A DNA stretch of 64,000 nt from Pristiophorus japonicus (Eukaryota), in assembly GCF_044704955.1 (NCBI RefSeq), contig NC_091980.1, positions 131,316,001 to 131,380,000 on the forward strand, given 5' to 3'. The notes under the pieces were generated by a model, which was given only the letters and a program-made list of their open reading frames with translations, was not told the origin of the DNA and made no database searches. Position 1 is the stretch's first letter. The number at the start of each line of letters is the position of its first letter. The position numbers and the translations under genes were made by a program. Below are positions 35,501-51,249 of the stretch, in pieces.

Positions 35501-37255
35501 AAAGTCCCGACACCAGGTTGAAATAGTGACTCAAATTTCTGTAGGACCTGTGAGATGAAATGGCGTGCACATCCCCCCATTTCCAGTTCATCTCGGCTAG
35601 CCAGCTTCTCCCCAAAAGTACGGGACCATTTCCTGGGACAATCCAGAGTGGCAGCAGGTTCTCTGATCCATTATGTGTGACCACCAACATTGCACTGCCT
35701 AGCACTGGGATGATCTCTTTGGAGCACGTCCATAATTGCGTGTCAATGCGTTCTAGTTTGGGTCTGCTAGCTCTGAGTGGCCATAGTTTCTCGAATTGTT
35801 GGACACTCATAAGTGACTGGCTAACCCCTGTGTCCAGCTCCATGCGTACCAGAATGCCGTTTAAGAGGACTTTCATCATCATAGGTGGCGTTTTTGTATA
35901 TGAGCTGTGGATGTTCGCCACATGAACCCACTGAACTTCAGTGTCCATTGCTTTGTCCCAAGCATCAACCTGCCTTGCAGACCCCTCTTGTAGTTCATCT
36001 GCCTCGTAAATTAGCCTTGCTGTGGGCTCCCTGCACATTCTGGCTAAATGTCCGCTGAAGTTACAATTTCTACAGTTAAATTGTTGAAACCTCCAGGTTT
36101 TTGCAGCATGTCTGCCCCCACACCTCCAGCATGAGCTGAGATCATTGTGAACAAAAGAGCTGTTACCAGGCATTCCTCTCTGATTGTCTCTTTGATTACT
36201 CTTGAGCACTCTGTTAGTGGGTGTCAATAGCCCCATCCCGGGACGTATTGTCCACTGTGATGGTGTAAATGTCCATTCAACCTGGCATTGTCTCTGTTGA
36301 GGACCCACTCTAGAGTCTGTTGCTGCCTGAGTGGTGTTGAATTGTCCTTGCCTGACTGCGGGGTTTTGCGTCGCGTTTACAATGTTAACTCCCTGATCCA
36401 TCGCCATGTTGGAAGCAGAGTTGCGCGCGTATATTATCTTGGTTTCCTCCTCCCCCGCCATGAAGGTCTGAGCCATCAACGCCGCCACTTCCAAGGTTAA
36501 GTCCTTGGTCTCAATTAGCTTTCTGAAAATCCTGGAATGACCAATGCCCTCAATGAAGAAATCCCTTAACATCTCCCCGCTGCAGGCGTCTGTGAACTTA
36601 CAGGGGCTGGCCAATCGCCGAAGGTCTGCAACGAAGTCCGGTATGCTCTGTCCGTCCCGACGTCGGTGTGTATAGAATCGGTGTCGGGCCATGTGTATAC
36701 TGCTCGCCGGTTTGAGGTGCTCACCAATCAGTTTGATGAACTATTCAAAGGTTTTGTCCGCCGGCATCTCGGGTGCGAGCAGATCTTTCATCAGCGCGTA
36801 GGTCTCAGGTCCACAGCTGGTCAGTAGATGCGCCCTTCGCTTGTCAGCCGCTGCATCTCCCAGCCAGTCCTTTGTGAAAAAGCTCTGCTGGAGCCTCTCA
36901 ACGAAATCGTCCCAGTCCTCACCAACACAGTACCGTTCCTCTGTGCTACCAGTGGCCATTCTCGTGAGTCGCTGATTCCCGTTTCTTGTCGCCAAATGTA
37001 GTATCCTTACACACTATTATAAATTCACACGAGGCACATTCTGCAGACAAGGTCACTGTGTGACCCGAACCTTTATTCACAGGACCAAGAAGTGATGACC
37101 CTGCGTGGGACCTCCCTTAAAATACCTGGATGACCAGGTGAGGAGTGTCTCGCACAAGTTCACCCCCTGTGGTCAAGGTGTGCATTTCTTGGGTGTATAC
37201 AGTATGCAGTGTTGTTACAGGAAGGTTACAGTTACATGACGTTACATACATGACA
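32507..37255 (-). mobile_element. Full-length decayed Gypsy LTR retrotransposon, duplicate of 5731-10458
   Basis: LTRs 32507-32766 and 36997-37255, perfect ATTTT TSD, gag-PR-RT-RH-IN remnants. Confidence 0.95.
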
Positions 37256-37524
37256 ATTTTTATGTTAGTATTGTCATAATTTGGACTTATTGTTTATTCC
37301 TCCTTATAAAGGAGGCACTTATGGTTTAAATGTTTCCGATAGCTGATTTAATCATCCCAATTAGGGCAGTGGGCCTATCTGCGAATTGGCACAGACTCGA
37401 TGGGCCGAATGGCTTTCTTCCCTGCTGGAACCATTCTATGATTCTATGAATTGAATAGCCTAAAGATTAAACCTGTGATTCTGGATATTTGAACTGTGTT
37501 TAGGACAATTGTGATCCTTATTGA

Positions 37525-37680
37525 GTTGTCAACCAATGATGCTCATTCTTCAAAGATCTGACTGGCTCTGGGAGTCCATTTCCCCTCCTCCCTTTACATG
37601 ATTGGTGCTCTGAGAGGCTGATTGGACAATTATCTAGGCTGCCGCGCCCTCGATTATCCAGCAGTATAAATACAGGAGTT
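37525..37680 (+). promoter_or_regulatory. Ferritin copy 2 proximal promoter
   Basis: CCAAT, two ATTGG boxes, and TATAAATA at 37665-37672, 84 nt before the ATG. Confidence 0.7.
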
Positions 37681-37748
37681 TGAGGTTAGTTAAATCTCAG
37701 TTTGGTACTTCATCAAAGTTGAGACTTCAATATAAAAAAAAAAATAAG

Positions 37749-40342
37749 ATGGCTGCTCAAGTGTGTCAGAACTACCACCAGGACTGTGAGGATGCTGTCA
37801 ACAAGCAGATCAACATGGAGCTCTATTCCTCCTATGTTTATCTCTCCATGGTGAGTTTTGTATATTTGACCACTTCACAATGGAGACTATGTAATGCGAA
37901 TTGACTAAATTCTATGCTGCATTCCTCACTCCCCCCCACCCCAAACAATGCCCAGGTGGATTCATTTTTGAAGCTATAATGTAATGCAATTCATTTTCAT
38001 GTATATTATTTAATACACTTATCTGTTTCTTGCAGTAGCTAAACTCAATTCTGAGTATCTTGAATCTTAGCGACTCAATTTCCTGTGCTCTTGTGAGCTG
38101 TGAGTTCTGAATTTGTATCCTTGGTCTAAATCACTCCATAGCTTTTCATGGGTTAAGGCTGAGATTTTTGTTGGATAAGGTTAAATGGAATTAAACTACA
38201 GATGAGCTATAATGAAATTGAATGTGGAGCAGGATTGAGGGGCTGAATGGCCTACTTGTATTCCTAGTGTTTTTCTCCTCCCTGTAATTGTAAGTACCAG
38301 TTTGTTCCCTTCTGTCTTTTCTCTAACTCGTTTTTGCTTTAGTGGTTTTAAAGCCTTTAGCAATCGTGTCTCTACTCAGTGGATCTCTGTCTCTCTGTCT
38401 CTGTCTCTGCCTTCCTCCCCCTGAGAGAGAGAGACAATCATGAAGTGCCTCAAATTCTGAGGGGTTTTGATAACTTCTATTCCTTGGTATCTGGTTCTCC
38501 TCTGAAATGCCTTGTCCACTGTTGAAGGTGCCACATTAATGCTGCTTGTGGTAGATTTGGTTCCTTGGGATGAATGTAGCCAGTAAAACTGGACCAGTTT
38601 TTCTCCTTTTTTGTACGATGTGAATTGTGTACTGTGACCAGATCTCCTACTTTAAGGGGTCTGCTGTTCCCCTTAACTAGCCTGTAGAAAATATACCTGG
38701 GTTAATAAACAATGATTGTGATTCTGGTGACCAGAAGGGTATAAATCTTGAAGTTCCTTCTCATTTCCAGAGCTACAATGAATATTGGGTGCCAAGATGA
38801 AGGTTCCAGTTTTGAGCATGTTCAATCAAAGCTGAATTGGTGATCATGGAATGATGCAGCACAGGAGGCTATTCAGTCCATTGTGCCTCGCTGAATGTTG
38901 GGTGGAGGATACAACTTGTCCACTCCCTGCATGTTCCCATAGCCCTGTCCAGTATTTATCCAATTTCCTTTTGAATGTTGGCATTTAATCTGCTTCCACC
39001 ACCCTTTCATGCTCTGCATGCATCTTTTTTTTAAATTTAAAAAAAAAAAAAAAATTGTAGGTATTCCACTGGTTCTTTTGCAAATCACTAAGTTTCCAGA
39101 TTTTGTTGTAAAATTATCCACTGACTGTTCCAGGTTAGTTAAGTAGATAGTTTTCATTACAAGGCCCAGTATAATGGGTCTGCCATGCAATATCCAACTA
39201 CTCCTCTTCTGATCTCTCCACAGTCCTTCTACTTTGACCGGGATGATGTTGCCCTGCATCACTTTGCTGAGTTCTTCAAGGACCAGTCACATGAGGAATG
39301 TGAGCATGCTGAGAAACTGATGAAATTCCAGAATCGGCGTGGAGGATGAATCATCTTGGCGGACATCAAGGTTGTAGTTAATAAACTTGTGGTTTTCTAT
39401 CTCTGTCCTCTTGGACTGATTGGAACCAAACAATGTGCAGCATATACAAGGCATTTGCTCAGCTGGTGTTTATACTCCAATGAGCCTGCTCCCATCTTGC
39501 TTCATCTCACCCCCTCAGCATATCATCCTATTCCTTTCTCCCCATGCACTTGCCTTGCTTCCCCTTTAAATATTCCTTTAAATTCCCCCTCCATATAACT
39601 CCAGTGGTTATGATGGCCTAGGCCATCACATTGGTTCATGGTAATGTAGACTTCTGATTGCATCCCTAATTTTGTTCTATACTTTTCGCATGTTTGCTTA
39701 ATTCAGTGTAAGTGAACTGTTAAAATGTTCTTTCTTTGCAGAAACCAGAGCAGGATGAGTGGAGCAATGGTCTGGTCGTGATGCAGAGAGCTCTGCAGAT
39801 GGAGAAGAATGTGAACCAGAGTCTGCTGGATCTGCCCAAACTCTCCATTGAGGGGACAGACCCTCATGTAAGTTTTTATTTCATGATGTGGGCTTAAGTT
39901 GAGAAATTGTTGTCCTTGAGCCTAATTAAAAGATCTCCATGCACAAGTTTTTTTTTTTTTTGTTTTGAGGGGGGTGGGGTGGAGTGAAAGTTGGCCTACT
40001 GTGGAGTGACTCGTAAAAGTATCCCAGGATCTGCGCACCTATTGTGCAGTAAGTTTAATCTAATGATGAAGTAATTGCACCACTTGACTATCCTCCAGTC
40101 CAAGAGAATTAAAATCTCAACTCCAGGGGATGCTCTGATGATCCTTGATATCTGCGTCTGGTCATAACTTGTTTCCTCCTCCAGTTGTGTGACTTCCTGG
40201 CGACCCACTACTTGGATGAACAAGTGAAGATGATCAAGAAGCTTGGAGATCACATCACCAACCTGAAGAGACTGGGAGCCCCTGAGAATGGCATGGGAGT
40301 GTACCTTTTTTTGACAAGCACACGCTGGGGGGGAGTGACTAA
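37749..40342 (+). pseudogene. FTH1-like: Ferritin copy 2, pseudogene
   Basis: Exons 37749-37850, 39224-39370, 39742-39867 and 40185-40342. In-frame TGA at 39347-39349 (GGR>GG*), +2 frameshift in a T-run near 40306-40312, plus R63C and H118P equivalents. Confidence 0.9.
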
Positions 40343-40485
40343 ACTGAATGATGGATCAAGGTTATTGTGTTTAGTACTTGTATTTATATAATTGGCAACC
40401 CTGTCCTGTACGGAATGATGGCTTGTGACTTTGTACAAAGAGATGTGAGACCTGGGTTCCTGCTGTGAAATGTAACATAACAGTA

Positions 40486-40491
40486 AATAAA
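40486..40491 (+). terminator. Polyadenylation signal, copy 2
   Basis: AATAAA at the paralogous position. Confidence 0.6.
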
Positions 40492-41372
40492 GTGTTCAAC
40501 ATTGGACTAGGTTTTGTCTCCTTGTATGTTTGTGGTTGCTTATGTTTCAATTGACATAATTTGGTTTGCATCAAAGAATTGAATAAGGATTTAGTATGCA
40601 ACTTCATACATTTAATGAGCCACGAGTCGGCCTGGGTTTGCATGCTGTTTTACAGCTTAGTATTTCCAACAATATCTTTGGCTCTGTCAAACTTTACAGG
40701 TGCCCATGTTCTGGACCTATTAGCATATCTTTTTATTCCTTTCTAGCTTCCCCTTAAATTCATTTGTGCTCTTTGCATTCAGTTATTACTGCAGGTAGCT
40801 CAATAAACTGAATGTACCACTGCTGCTATAGACTTCCTGTTAAACTATGTGGGCAAGGAGCAAGTAACTGCAGCAATGTCTGAACTCATGGTCTGCCTTT
40901 ATTGCCTATCTCCAATTGCCCTTGGAGTGTCATCTGGTACAACTGAGTGGCTTGCTAGGCCATTTCAATGGGCAGTTCAGAATCAACTACCAGGCTATGG
41001 GTTGAGAGTCACATATCGGCCTGCTGGGGTAAGTTGGCAGATTTCCTTAAAGATTATTGAGCTGGGTTTTATGATCACCAGTATTGATACTAGCTTTTAT
41101 TTTTAGATGTATTTAATCCACAAAATTTAAATTATGCAGCTGCCAGCATAGGTTTTTTTGTCCCTTGGCTCATTAGTTCAGATATTGCAAAAATATAAGC
41201 CTTCTGGAAGGAGTAAATGTTTAAAGAAAAACACTGACATTAAATACTTATCCTGCAACTCTTCCACCTACCCATCCCCTGCTTGGCCTGTTCCATCAAC
41301 TTATAAACCCAATACTAGCAGCTTTCCCCGCCCCCCCCCCCCCCCCCCCCATGTCATTTATTCAACCAGCTT

Positions 41373-43697
41373 TGTAACCCATGTATAATCTGATCTAAGT
41401 TGTACACTGAGAACAATGACCATTAGGTGGTGAACTTGTGGGAGAAACTCCTAACGTGGACGTTCAGATATAAAAGGGGAAGCTCCACCCACTTTCATTT
41501 GAGTGCTAAGAAATAAAGGACCTTCTCAAGCATAGGCCTCATGTGCATTTATACTGTATAGTAAGGACGTATCAATGGCAACAAGAAACTGGGATTTAAA
41601 CCACGTAAGTTTGGCCACTAGCAGAACAGACGAGAGGTACAGTGTTAAGGAATGGTAGGGACAGAGATTCAACATTGTTAAAGCAGCACACCGTTCTCCA
41701 GGCAGACAAGGGCAATCGAGCATACCCCAATATGTAGTCCCACCCAGAGGGTGAGTTCGACAGAGACAATGGCAAGCTGAACGGTGATTCATGCTAGTGC
41801 AAGAGGTAATGGGGCCCTCAACACCTGTTAATGGCGCACTGAAGGACAGCCACAGGGGCAGTCAGGGACGATCAACTGGCAAGGGACCTTTTGTTTCCAA
41901 CAACAGCTCATGTTGGAGGCGTGGAGGCACACACTCAGCCGGAGTTTTCAGAGATGAGCAAAATAATTGCAGAAATGAACGCTGGGGGAAATCGCTGGAA
42001 GCTAAAGTTCAGCGAGTTCATGTTCATACACCAGGACGCCACCGATAATGATGAAAGTGCTCCTCAATGGCATCCCAGTATCAATGGAGCTAGACACTGG
42101 GGCCAGCCAGTCCCTGATGGGTATCAAACAGTTTGAAAAGTTTTGGGCGTCCAAGGCCAGGAGGCCAAGATTATCGCCGATTGACGCACAGCTACGGACG
42201 TACACAAAGAAGATCTTTCCGGTGCTAGGCAGCGCCACGTTAGTCGTGACCCATAAAGATTCAGAGAACAGGTTGCCACTCTGGGTTGTCCCGGGAGACA
42301 GTGCCGCACTACTGGGGAGGAGTTGGCTTGCTGTCATGAACTGGAAATGGGGTGATGTCAATGCAATTTCCTCTGTGGAGCGAGTATCATTCTAATGATC
42401 CTGGACAAATTTGACTAATTATTTCAACTCGGCATTGGCACTTTCATGGGGGCCAAGGTAGTGATTCACATAAACCCGGACGCCAGGCCAGGACACCACA
42501 AGGCCAGAGCGGTGCCGTACATAATGTGGGAAAAGATAGAAGGCGAAGTGGACCGCCTGCTGAGGGAAGGCATCATCTCGCCAGTTGAATTCAGTGACTG
42601 GGCAAGCCCGATTGTGCCGGTGCTCAAGGCGGATGGGTCGGTCAGGATATGTGGTGATTACAAGGCCACTATCAATCGGGTGTCACTCCAAGACCAGTAC
42701 CCGCTACCGAGAGCGGAGGACCTCTTTGTGACGCTATCCGATGGCAAGCTTTTTTCAAAATTGGACCTGACCTCCGCTTACATGACATCACCTCCCCCCA
42801 CGGACAAATAGAGACCCGCTATTATCTCTAGTCAAGAAATGTGTCCTGAATGGGGACTGGGCAGCCACGTACAGGGCATGCCCTGAGGAATTTAAACCAT
42901 TTCACAGGTGCAAGGATGAACTCTCGATTCAGGCCGATTGCCTACTTGGGGGAAACCGCATAGTCATGCCCCAGATGTGCAGAGAGGTGTTCATCAGGGA
43001 ACTCCACAATGAGCACTCGGGCATTGTCATGATGAAGGCAATTGCCAGGTCACACGTTTGGTGGCCAGGGATAGACGCAGATCTGGAACTTTTTGTTCGC
43101 AGGTGTAACACGTGTGCCCAGCTGGGCAATACGCCCATGGAAGCCCCCCCTTAGCCCCTGGCCATGGCCCGCCAAGCCTTGGTCACGCATCCATGTGGAC
43201 TATGCAGGTCCTTTCATGGGAAAAATGTTTTTGGTTGCAGTCGAAGCCTACTCCAAATGGATCGAGTGTGACATTTTAAATTCAAGCACATCCTCTGCCA
43301 TGGTAGAAAGTCTACGGGCAATGTTCGCCGCCCACAGTCTACCGGACATCTTGGTCAGCGACAATGGCCCGTGCTTCACAAGCACTGAATTCCAGGACTT
43401 CATGGCAGGCAATGGAATTAACCATGTCAGAACGGCACCGTTCAAACCGGCCTCAAAAGGCCAGGCAGAACGAGCAGTGCAGATAATCAAACAGGGGATG
43501 CTCAGAATCCAAGGGGGTTCCCTACAAAGCCGCTTATCACGCTTCCTGTTGGCCTACAGATCCCGACCACACTCGCAGAGCTGCTAATAAAAAGGACGCT
43601 CAAAACACGGTTATCCCTTATACACCCCACCATGAAAGAAATTATCGAGAGCAGGCACCAGTCACAATATGACTACCATGACAGGAATGCCAAGGGC
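41373..43697 (+). mobile_element. Internally deleted, 3'-truncated Gypsy element (second family)
   Basis: 5' LTR 41373-41574, PBS-like TGGCAACAAG, protease ELDTGAS, RT N-terminus, integrase RIHVDYAGPF..SDNGPCFTS. No 3' LTR. Confidence 0.9.
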
Positions 43698-44460
43698 GTG
43701 CTGTTACAGTATAGAGTCTGTACCTCCTAAAAAGACAACCCCCAAGAATTACTGCTGATAGTGTTCCCAAAATAGAAAGCCTAAGAAAGTGATCGCTGAA
43801 GCAGGTATCGATCCAAAGCAATAGGAACGCTGGATGAGGCCTCACTAAGTTTACATATCGTGTGGAAAGGAAGAATTGGTAACACAGTTAGATATCTTAA
43901 TGTAAACTGCTAATCTAAATACTACCAGCCTCTGTGAACTAGGCCAATGGTCATGGAGAATGATTTAACAATGTGCAGTTTTCTCTTTGAGTTATATTCA
44001 TCTAAAGGTAATTGTTGACGACAATGGACCAAAATAGTTAATTTGCAATTAATGGATATGAGACTTTCCCATCAGTTATGAATTAAATAAGCTGTTGTTT
44101 GAATTCAAATACCGGTGGTTACCAGGACATAATACGTGCGAAATTACTTCAGTCTCATTGCAGCCTTTAAACTGTCCTGACTCAATGAGGGAAAGAGGAG
44201 ATTCAGCCATATTTCAAGCTATATGTTTGGGGTACAATAGTGCAGAAGCCTGGACCAATAATACATGGAATGTGAGTTCAAATTCCACCATCATTTGGAT
44301 TCAGTTTAAAATTTAAAACAAACTGATATCAGTAACCATGGACTTTTTGGATTGTGGTAAAAATCCAGCTGGCTCACTAATTTCCTTTTAGGGACAGAAA
44401 CCTGCCATCCTTACCCAGTCTCCATTTGACTCCATTTGCACAGTAATGTGGTTGATGCTT

Positions 44461-45715
44461 ACATAAGAACATAATAACATAAGAAATAAGAACAAGAGTA
44501 GACCATATAGCCCCATAAGCCTGCTCCACCATTCAATAAGATCATGGCTGATCTGACCATGGACTCAGCTCCACTTCCCTACCCACTCTCCATAACGCCT
44601 TACCTCCTTATCGTTTAAGAAACTGTTTATTTCTGTCTTAAATTTATTCAATGTCCCAGCTTCCACAGCTCTCTGAGACAGATTTCCACAGATCTACAAC
44701 CCTCAGAGAAGAAATTTCTCCTCATCTCAGTTTTAAATGGGCGGACCCTTATTCTAAGATCATGCCTGTAGTTCTATTCTCCCCCATCAGTGGAAACATC
44801 CTCTCTGCATCCAATTTGTCAAGCCCCCTCATAATCTTATACGTTTTGATAAGATCATCCCTCATTATTCTGAATTTCAATGAGTAGAGGCCCAACCTTC
44901 TCACCCTTTCCTCATAAGTCAACCCCCTCATCTCCAGAATCAACTTAGTGAACCTTCTCTGAACTGCCTCCAAAGCAAGTGTATCGTTTCGTAAATATGG
45001 AAACCAAAACTGCACACAGTATTCCAGGTGTGGCCTCAGCAATACCCTGTAGAGCTGGAATAAGACTTCCCTGCTTTTATACTCCATCCCCTTTGCAATA
45101 AAGGCCAATATTCTATTGACCTTCCTGATCACGTGCTGTACGTGCATACTATCCTTTTCTGTTTCATGCACAAGTATCGCCAGGTCTCACTGTACTGAAG
45201 CACTTTGCAATCTTTCTCTATTTAAATAATAACTTGCTCTTTGATTTTTTTCTGCCAAAGTGCATGACCTCACACTATCCAACATTATACTCCATCTGCT
45301 AAATTTAGCTCATTCACTTAGCCTGTTTATGTATTTTTCTGTCCTCCTTACACATTGCTTTTCCTCCCATCTTTGTATCGTCAGCAAACTTGGCTACGTT
45401 ACACTCAGTCATTTCTTCCAAGTCGTTAATATAGATTGTAAATAGTTGGTGGCCCAGCACTGATCACTGCGGTACCCCACTAGTTATTGATTGCCAACCA
45501 GAAAATGAACCATTGGTCCCGAATCTATTTTCTGTTAGTTAGCCAATCCTCTATCCATGCTAATATATTACCCCCAACCTGTGAAATTCTAACTTGTGCA
45601 GTAACCTTTTATGTGGCATCTTGTCAAATACCTCCTGGGATTCCAAATACACCACATCTATTGGTTCTCCTTTATCCATCCTGTTTGTTACATCCTCAAA
45701 GAATTCCAGCAAATG
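44461..45715 (-). mobile_element. CR1 LINE 3' fragment, longer paralog of 19033-19693
   Basis: [24 protein letters not shown] motifs and (TTCTTATG)-type tail. Confidence 0.85.
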
Positions 45716-46169
45716 TTCTCTGAAGTGACCGAGCAAGGCGTCTCTCAACCATTGAGTACCTGAACATGGTTCAAGAAGGAGTCTCACCAGCTCCTTCTCA
45801 GGGCAACTAGGGATGGGCAATAAATGTTGGCCTTGTCAGCGACATCGAAACTTGGGCATGTGGCAAACTCAGACGAAGTTCTAAGCAATGAGACTAAATC
45901 TCCAGTAGTTATTCCTATATGACCTGGCTGCTTTCTCCATCTCTTCAGCCTGTCTTCCCCTTGCTGTGCAGCACTTGGCTCAAGCTCCTGCTGTTTGTAT
46001 CAATCTTGTTTTATATTTCCCAACCTCTCTCTGCGCTCAGCTCTAATACGTGGTCTAACATGAGAGGTGAGACTGGGATCACGGGAGCCAGATAAATTGG
46101 AGATTTCACAGATGATTGAGTTAGTTATTGGCAGAGAAGGTAACAGAGCTTTTAATTTCAGGGATCAAT

Positions 46170-46632
46170 CAGTTGGACTTAGTGTGTAGCACTCTCGTCT
46201 CTGAGTCAGAAGGTTGTGGGTTGAAGTCCCCACTCCATAGACGTGAGCACAGAATCTCGGCTGACACTACAGTGCAGTAATGAGGGAGTGCTGCACTGTC
46301 GGAGTTGTTGTTTTTCAGATGACATGTTCAACCATGGCCCTGACTGCCCTCTGAGCTGGATATAACAGATCCCACAGCAATACTTTGAAGAAGAGCAGGG
46401 GAGTTTTCCCCGGTGTTCAGGTCATATTTATTCCTCAACCAATGTTACTGAGAACAGATAATGTGGTGATGTTCACCTTGCTGTTTATGGGGCCTTGCTG
46501 CGTGCAAATTGGCTGCCATAGTTCCTACGTTACAACAGTGACTCTGCTTCAAAACGTACTTCATTGGCTGTGGAGCGGTCAGGGACAGCCTGGGATTGTG
46601 AAAGGCGCGATATAAATGCAAGTCTTCCTTTT
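46170..46632 (+). mobile_element. Deu-domain SINE (SacSINE1-like)
   Basis: tRNA-like head, GAAGAAGAGCAGGGGAGTT core, TATAAATGCAAG tail. Confidence 0.65.
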
Positions 46633-46962
46633 TGGCCTGCAGACTATTTCTTTGCTTCTAAAATTTAATGATTAAAAAACATGAACAGCACATCCTATGG
46701 TCCCCTCCACATTCTAGCTGATGTGTGTACAAGTGCTCACTAAACTTAGAAGTTATGGAGTATCTGAGCACTTGTATTTTGACACATTGATCACGCGCAC
46801 TTTGAATTCATCTGACCCACTGTCGGTTGCTTTGCACACTCACTGATCTGTTTGGATGTTGCAGCAAACCCGCAGATACCTGCAAATGACCAACCCACAG
46901 AACCATTCAGAACTATTAAAAAGACAGTAACTCGCAAACAACAGAGGATTCAATAAAACTTT

Positions 46963-47230
46963 CAAGGTGGCCATTAACTGGTTACAGGCAGAGCACGGTC
47001 GATGGGGTGTTCTCTCCACTTGCCTTCCGCGGCTATGTCCGTGCCCGGGTGTCCGTGGAGAGGGCGCTGTCTGCCGGTATACTGGGGGCTTTTCATGACT
47101 GGTGGGCACCAGAGGGACTGGAGTGCAGCGTGGATACAGGGAACTAAATTAAAATTTGAAAAATGCTTGTTAGTTTTGTCATATTTGGAACTTATTTTTT
47201 ATTCATCCCTATAAGGGGGGCGCATGGTTT
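46963..47230 (+). mobile_element. Tx1 3' fragment upstream of ferritin copy 3
   Basis: Uninterrupted version of the fragment split by Gypsy in units 1 and 2. Confidence 0.7.
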
Positions 47231-47339
47231 AATTTTTTCCCAATTGATTAGCCTAAAGAGGAGAGGATTTCTTTCAACCTGTGATTCTGGATATTTGAAC
47301 TGTGTTTGAGGAAAGTTAGGACAATTGAGATCCTCATTG

Positions 47340-47520
47340 AGTTGTCAGCCAATGATGCTCATTCTTCAAATATCTGACTGGCTCTGGGAGTCCATCTCCC
47401 CTCCTCTCTTTAGTTGATTGGTGCTCTGAGAGGCTGCAACTTCTGATTGGGTAATGAGGAATGTCACTCATCATCTAACCTGCCACACCTTGGATTATCC
47501 AGCAGTATATACTGAAGGAG
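47340..47520 (+). promoter_or_regulatory. Ferritin copy 3 proximal promoter
   Basis: CCAAT near 47349, two GATTGG boxes, TATATA at 47506-47511. Confidence 0.7.
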
Positions 47521-47585
47521 TTTGCGGTTAGTTAAATCTTAGTTTGTTGCTTTAACAAACTATAGATTTGTGATAAGAAATCAAA

Positions 47586-50200
<2,615 letters not shown>

Positions 50201-50343
50201 ACTCTCTGTCTGGATCAAGCTTATTGTGTTTAGTACTTGTATGTATAATAACTGGGACCCCTGTTCTGTAGGGAATGATGGCTTGTGATGTTTGACACTG
50301 ATCTGTGAGACTGAGGCTCTTGCTGTAAAATGTAACATAACTA

Positions 50344-50349
50344 AATAAA
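50344..50349 (+). terminator. Polyadenylation signal, copy 3
   Basis: AATAAA at the paralogous position. Confidence 0.7.
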
Positions 50350-51249
50350 CTGTTCAACATTGGACTGGGTTTTGTCTCCTTGTATGTTTTGAGTGGTCAT
50401 TTTTAATTTAACAATATGATTTACATCAGACAAGAATTACATTGAGTTGTGCAACAGTGTTATGGAATTCAGTCCTACGAATTTTTTGTTTTTTCTCTGG
50501 GGTTTATTGAGTTGTTATAGTCAGACACGTGTTGCAAAGTGTGAAATGTACGAGGTTGTGTTCAGACTATTAACACCTGAGAAATTGGCTGAGGGACAAA
50601 ACATGGTCTGAGGGAGGTTATAGGGAGTGTCTTAAATAGGTTGAGAGGGAATGGTGGAGCATGGGATCTAGATAGTGGATTAAAAATACCTGTTCCCATT
50701 AGTGAACTGCCATTACATAACTGATAACTCAATACAACAAAAGTTGCTGGAACATGTGTTAAACACTGGGAATGTTACTCACTAAATCAGTCTCACCATT
50801 TCAGATCAATGAAGGGGGGAAAAGTCCAGGATTAGCATCCTATTTGATATATGTATTGGTCCTGGAATTAGCAGTTTGTAGTCAGTAACTGCTGCAGATC
50901 CTGTTTAGTTATTATTGCAGGTCGTTCAGAAACTAAACTCACCACTGCTGCTGTAGACTTCCTGTTAAGCTTTGTAGGCAGAGCAGGAACTGCTGTACAG
51001 AGCAGCAGTGTCCGAGTTCATTGAACTTCGGACTACAATTGGGTGAGGAGGGAAAGCAGCAGGTGCCATCAGCTTGCTGTCACTGCTTCATCGATTAGTG
51101 TGGATACCCTCGTGTGGTGGTTCTCGGACAGCTTCTTCTACCTACTCCCATCGCGATCGAATAACTTGGCAACCTGATCAATGCTCACATGAATAAGGTA
51201 TCCAAGGACTGCCAGTGCAGCTGGACTCCATTTCCCACAGTTATACTCT

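Larger units (their letters stand above)
28105..47309 (+). repeat. Segmental duplicate B
   Basis: As for duplicate A. The ferritin ATGs are 26790 bp apart. Confidence 0.9.

Noticed and set aside
39347-39349. In-frame TGA as selenocysteine or programmed readthrough in ferritin
   Set aside because: It replaces Arg rather than Cys, both carriers have other disabling lesions, and I recognised no SECIS in the short 3'UTR.
1876-47309. Duplication as a false haplotype duplication in the assembly
   Set aside because: Numerous substitutions, kb-scale reciprocal indels and inversions look too extensive for alleles. Not formally excluded without reads.
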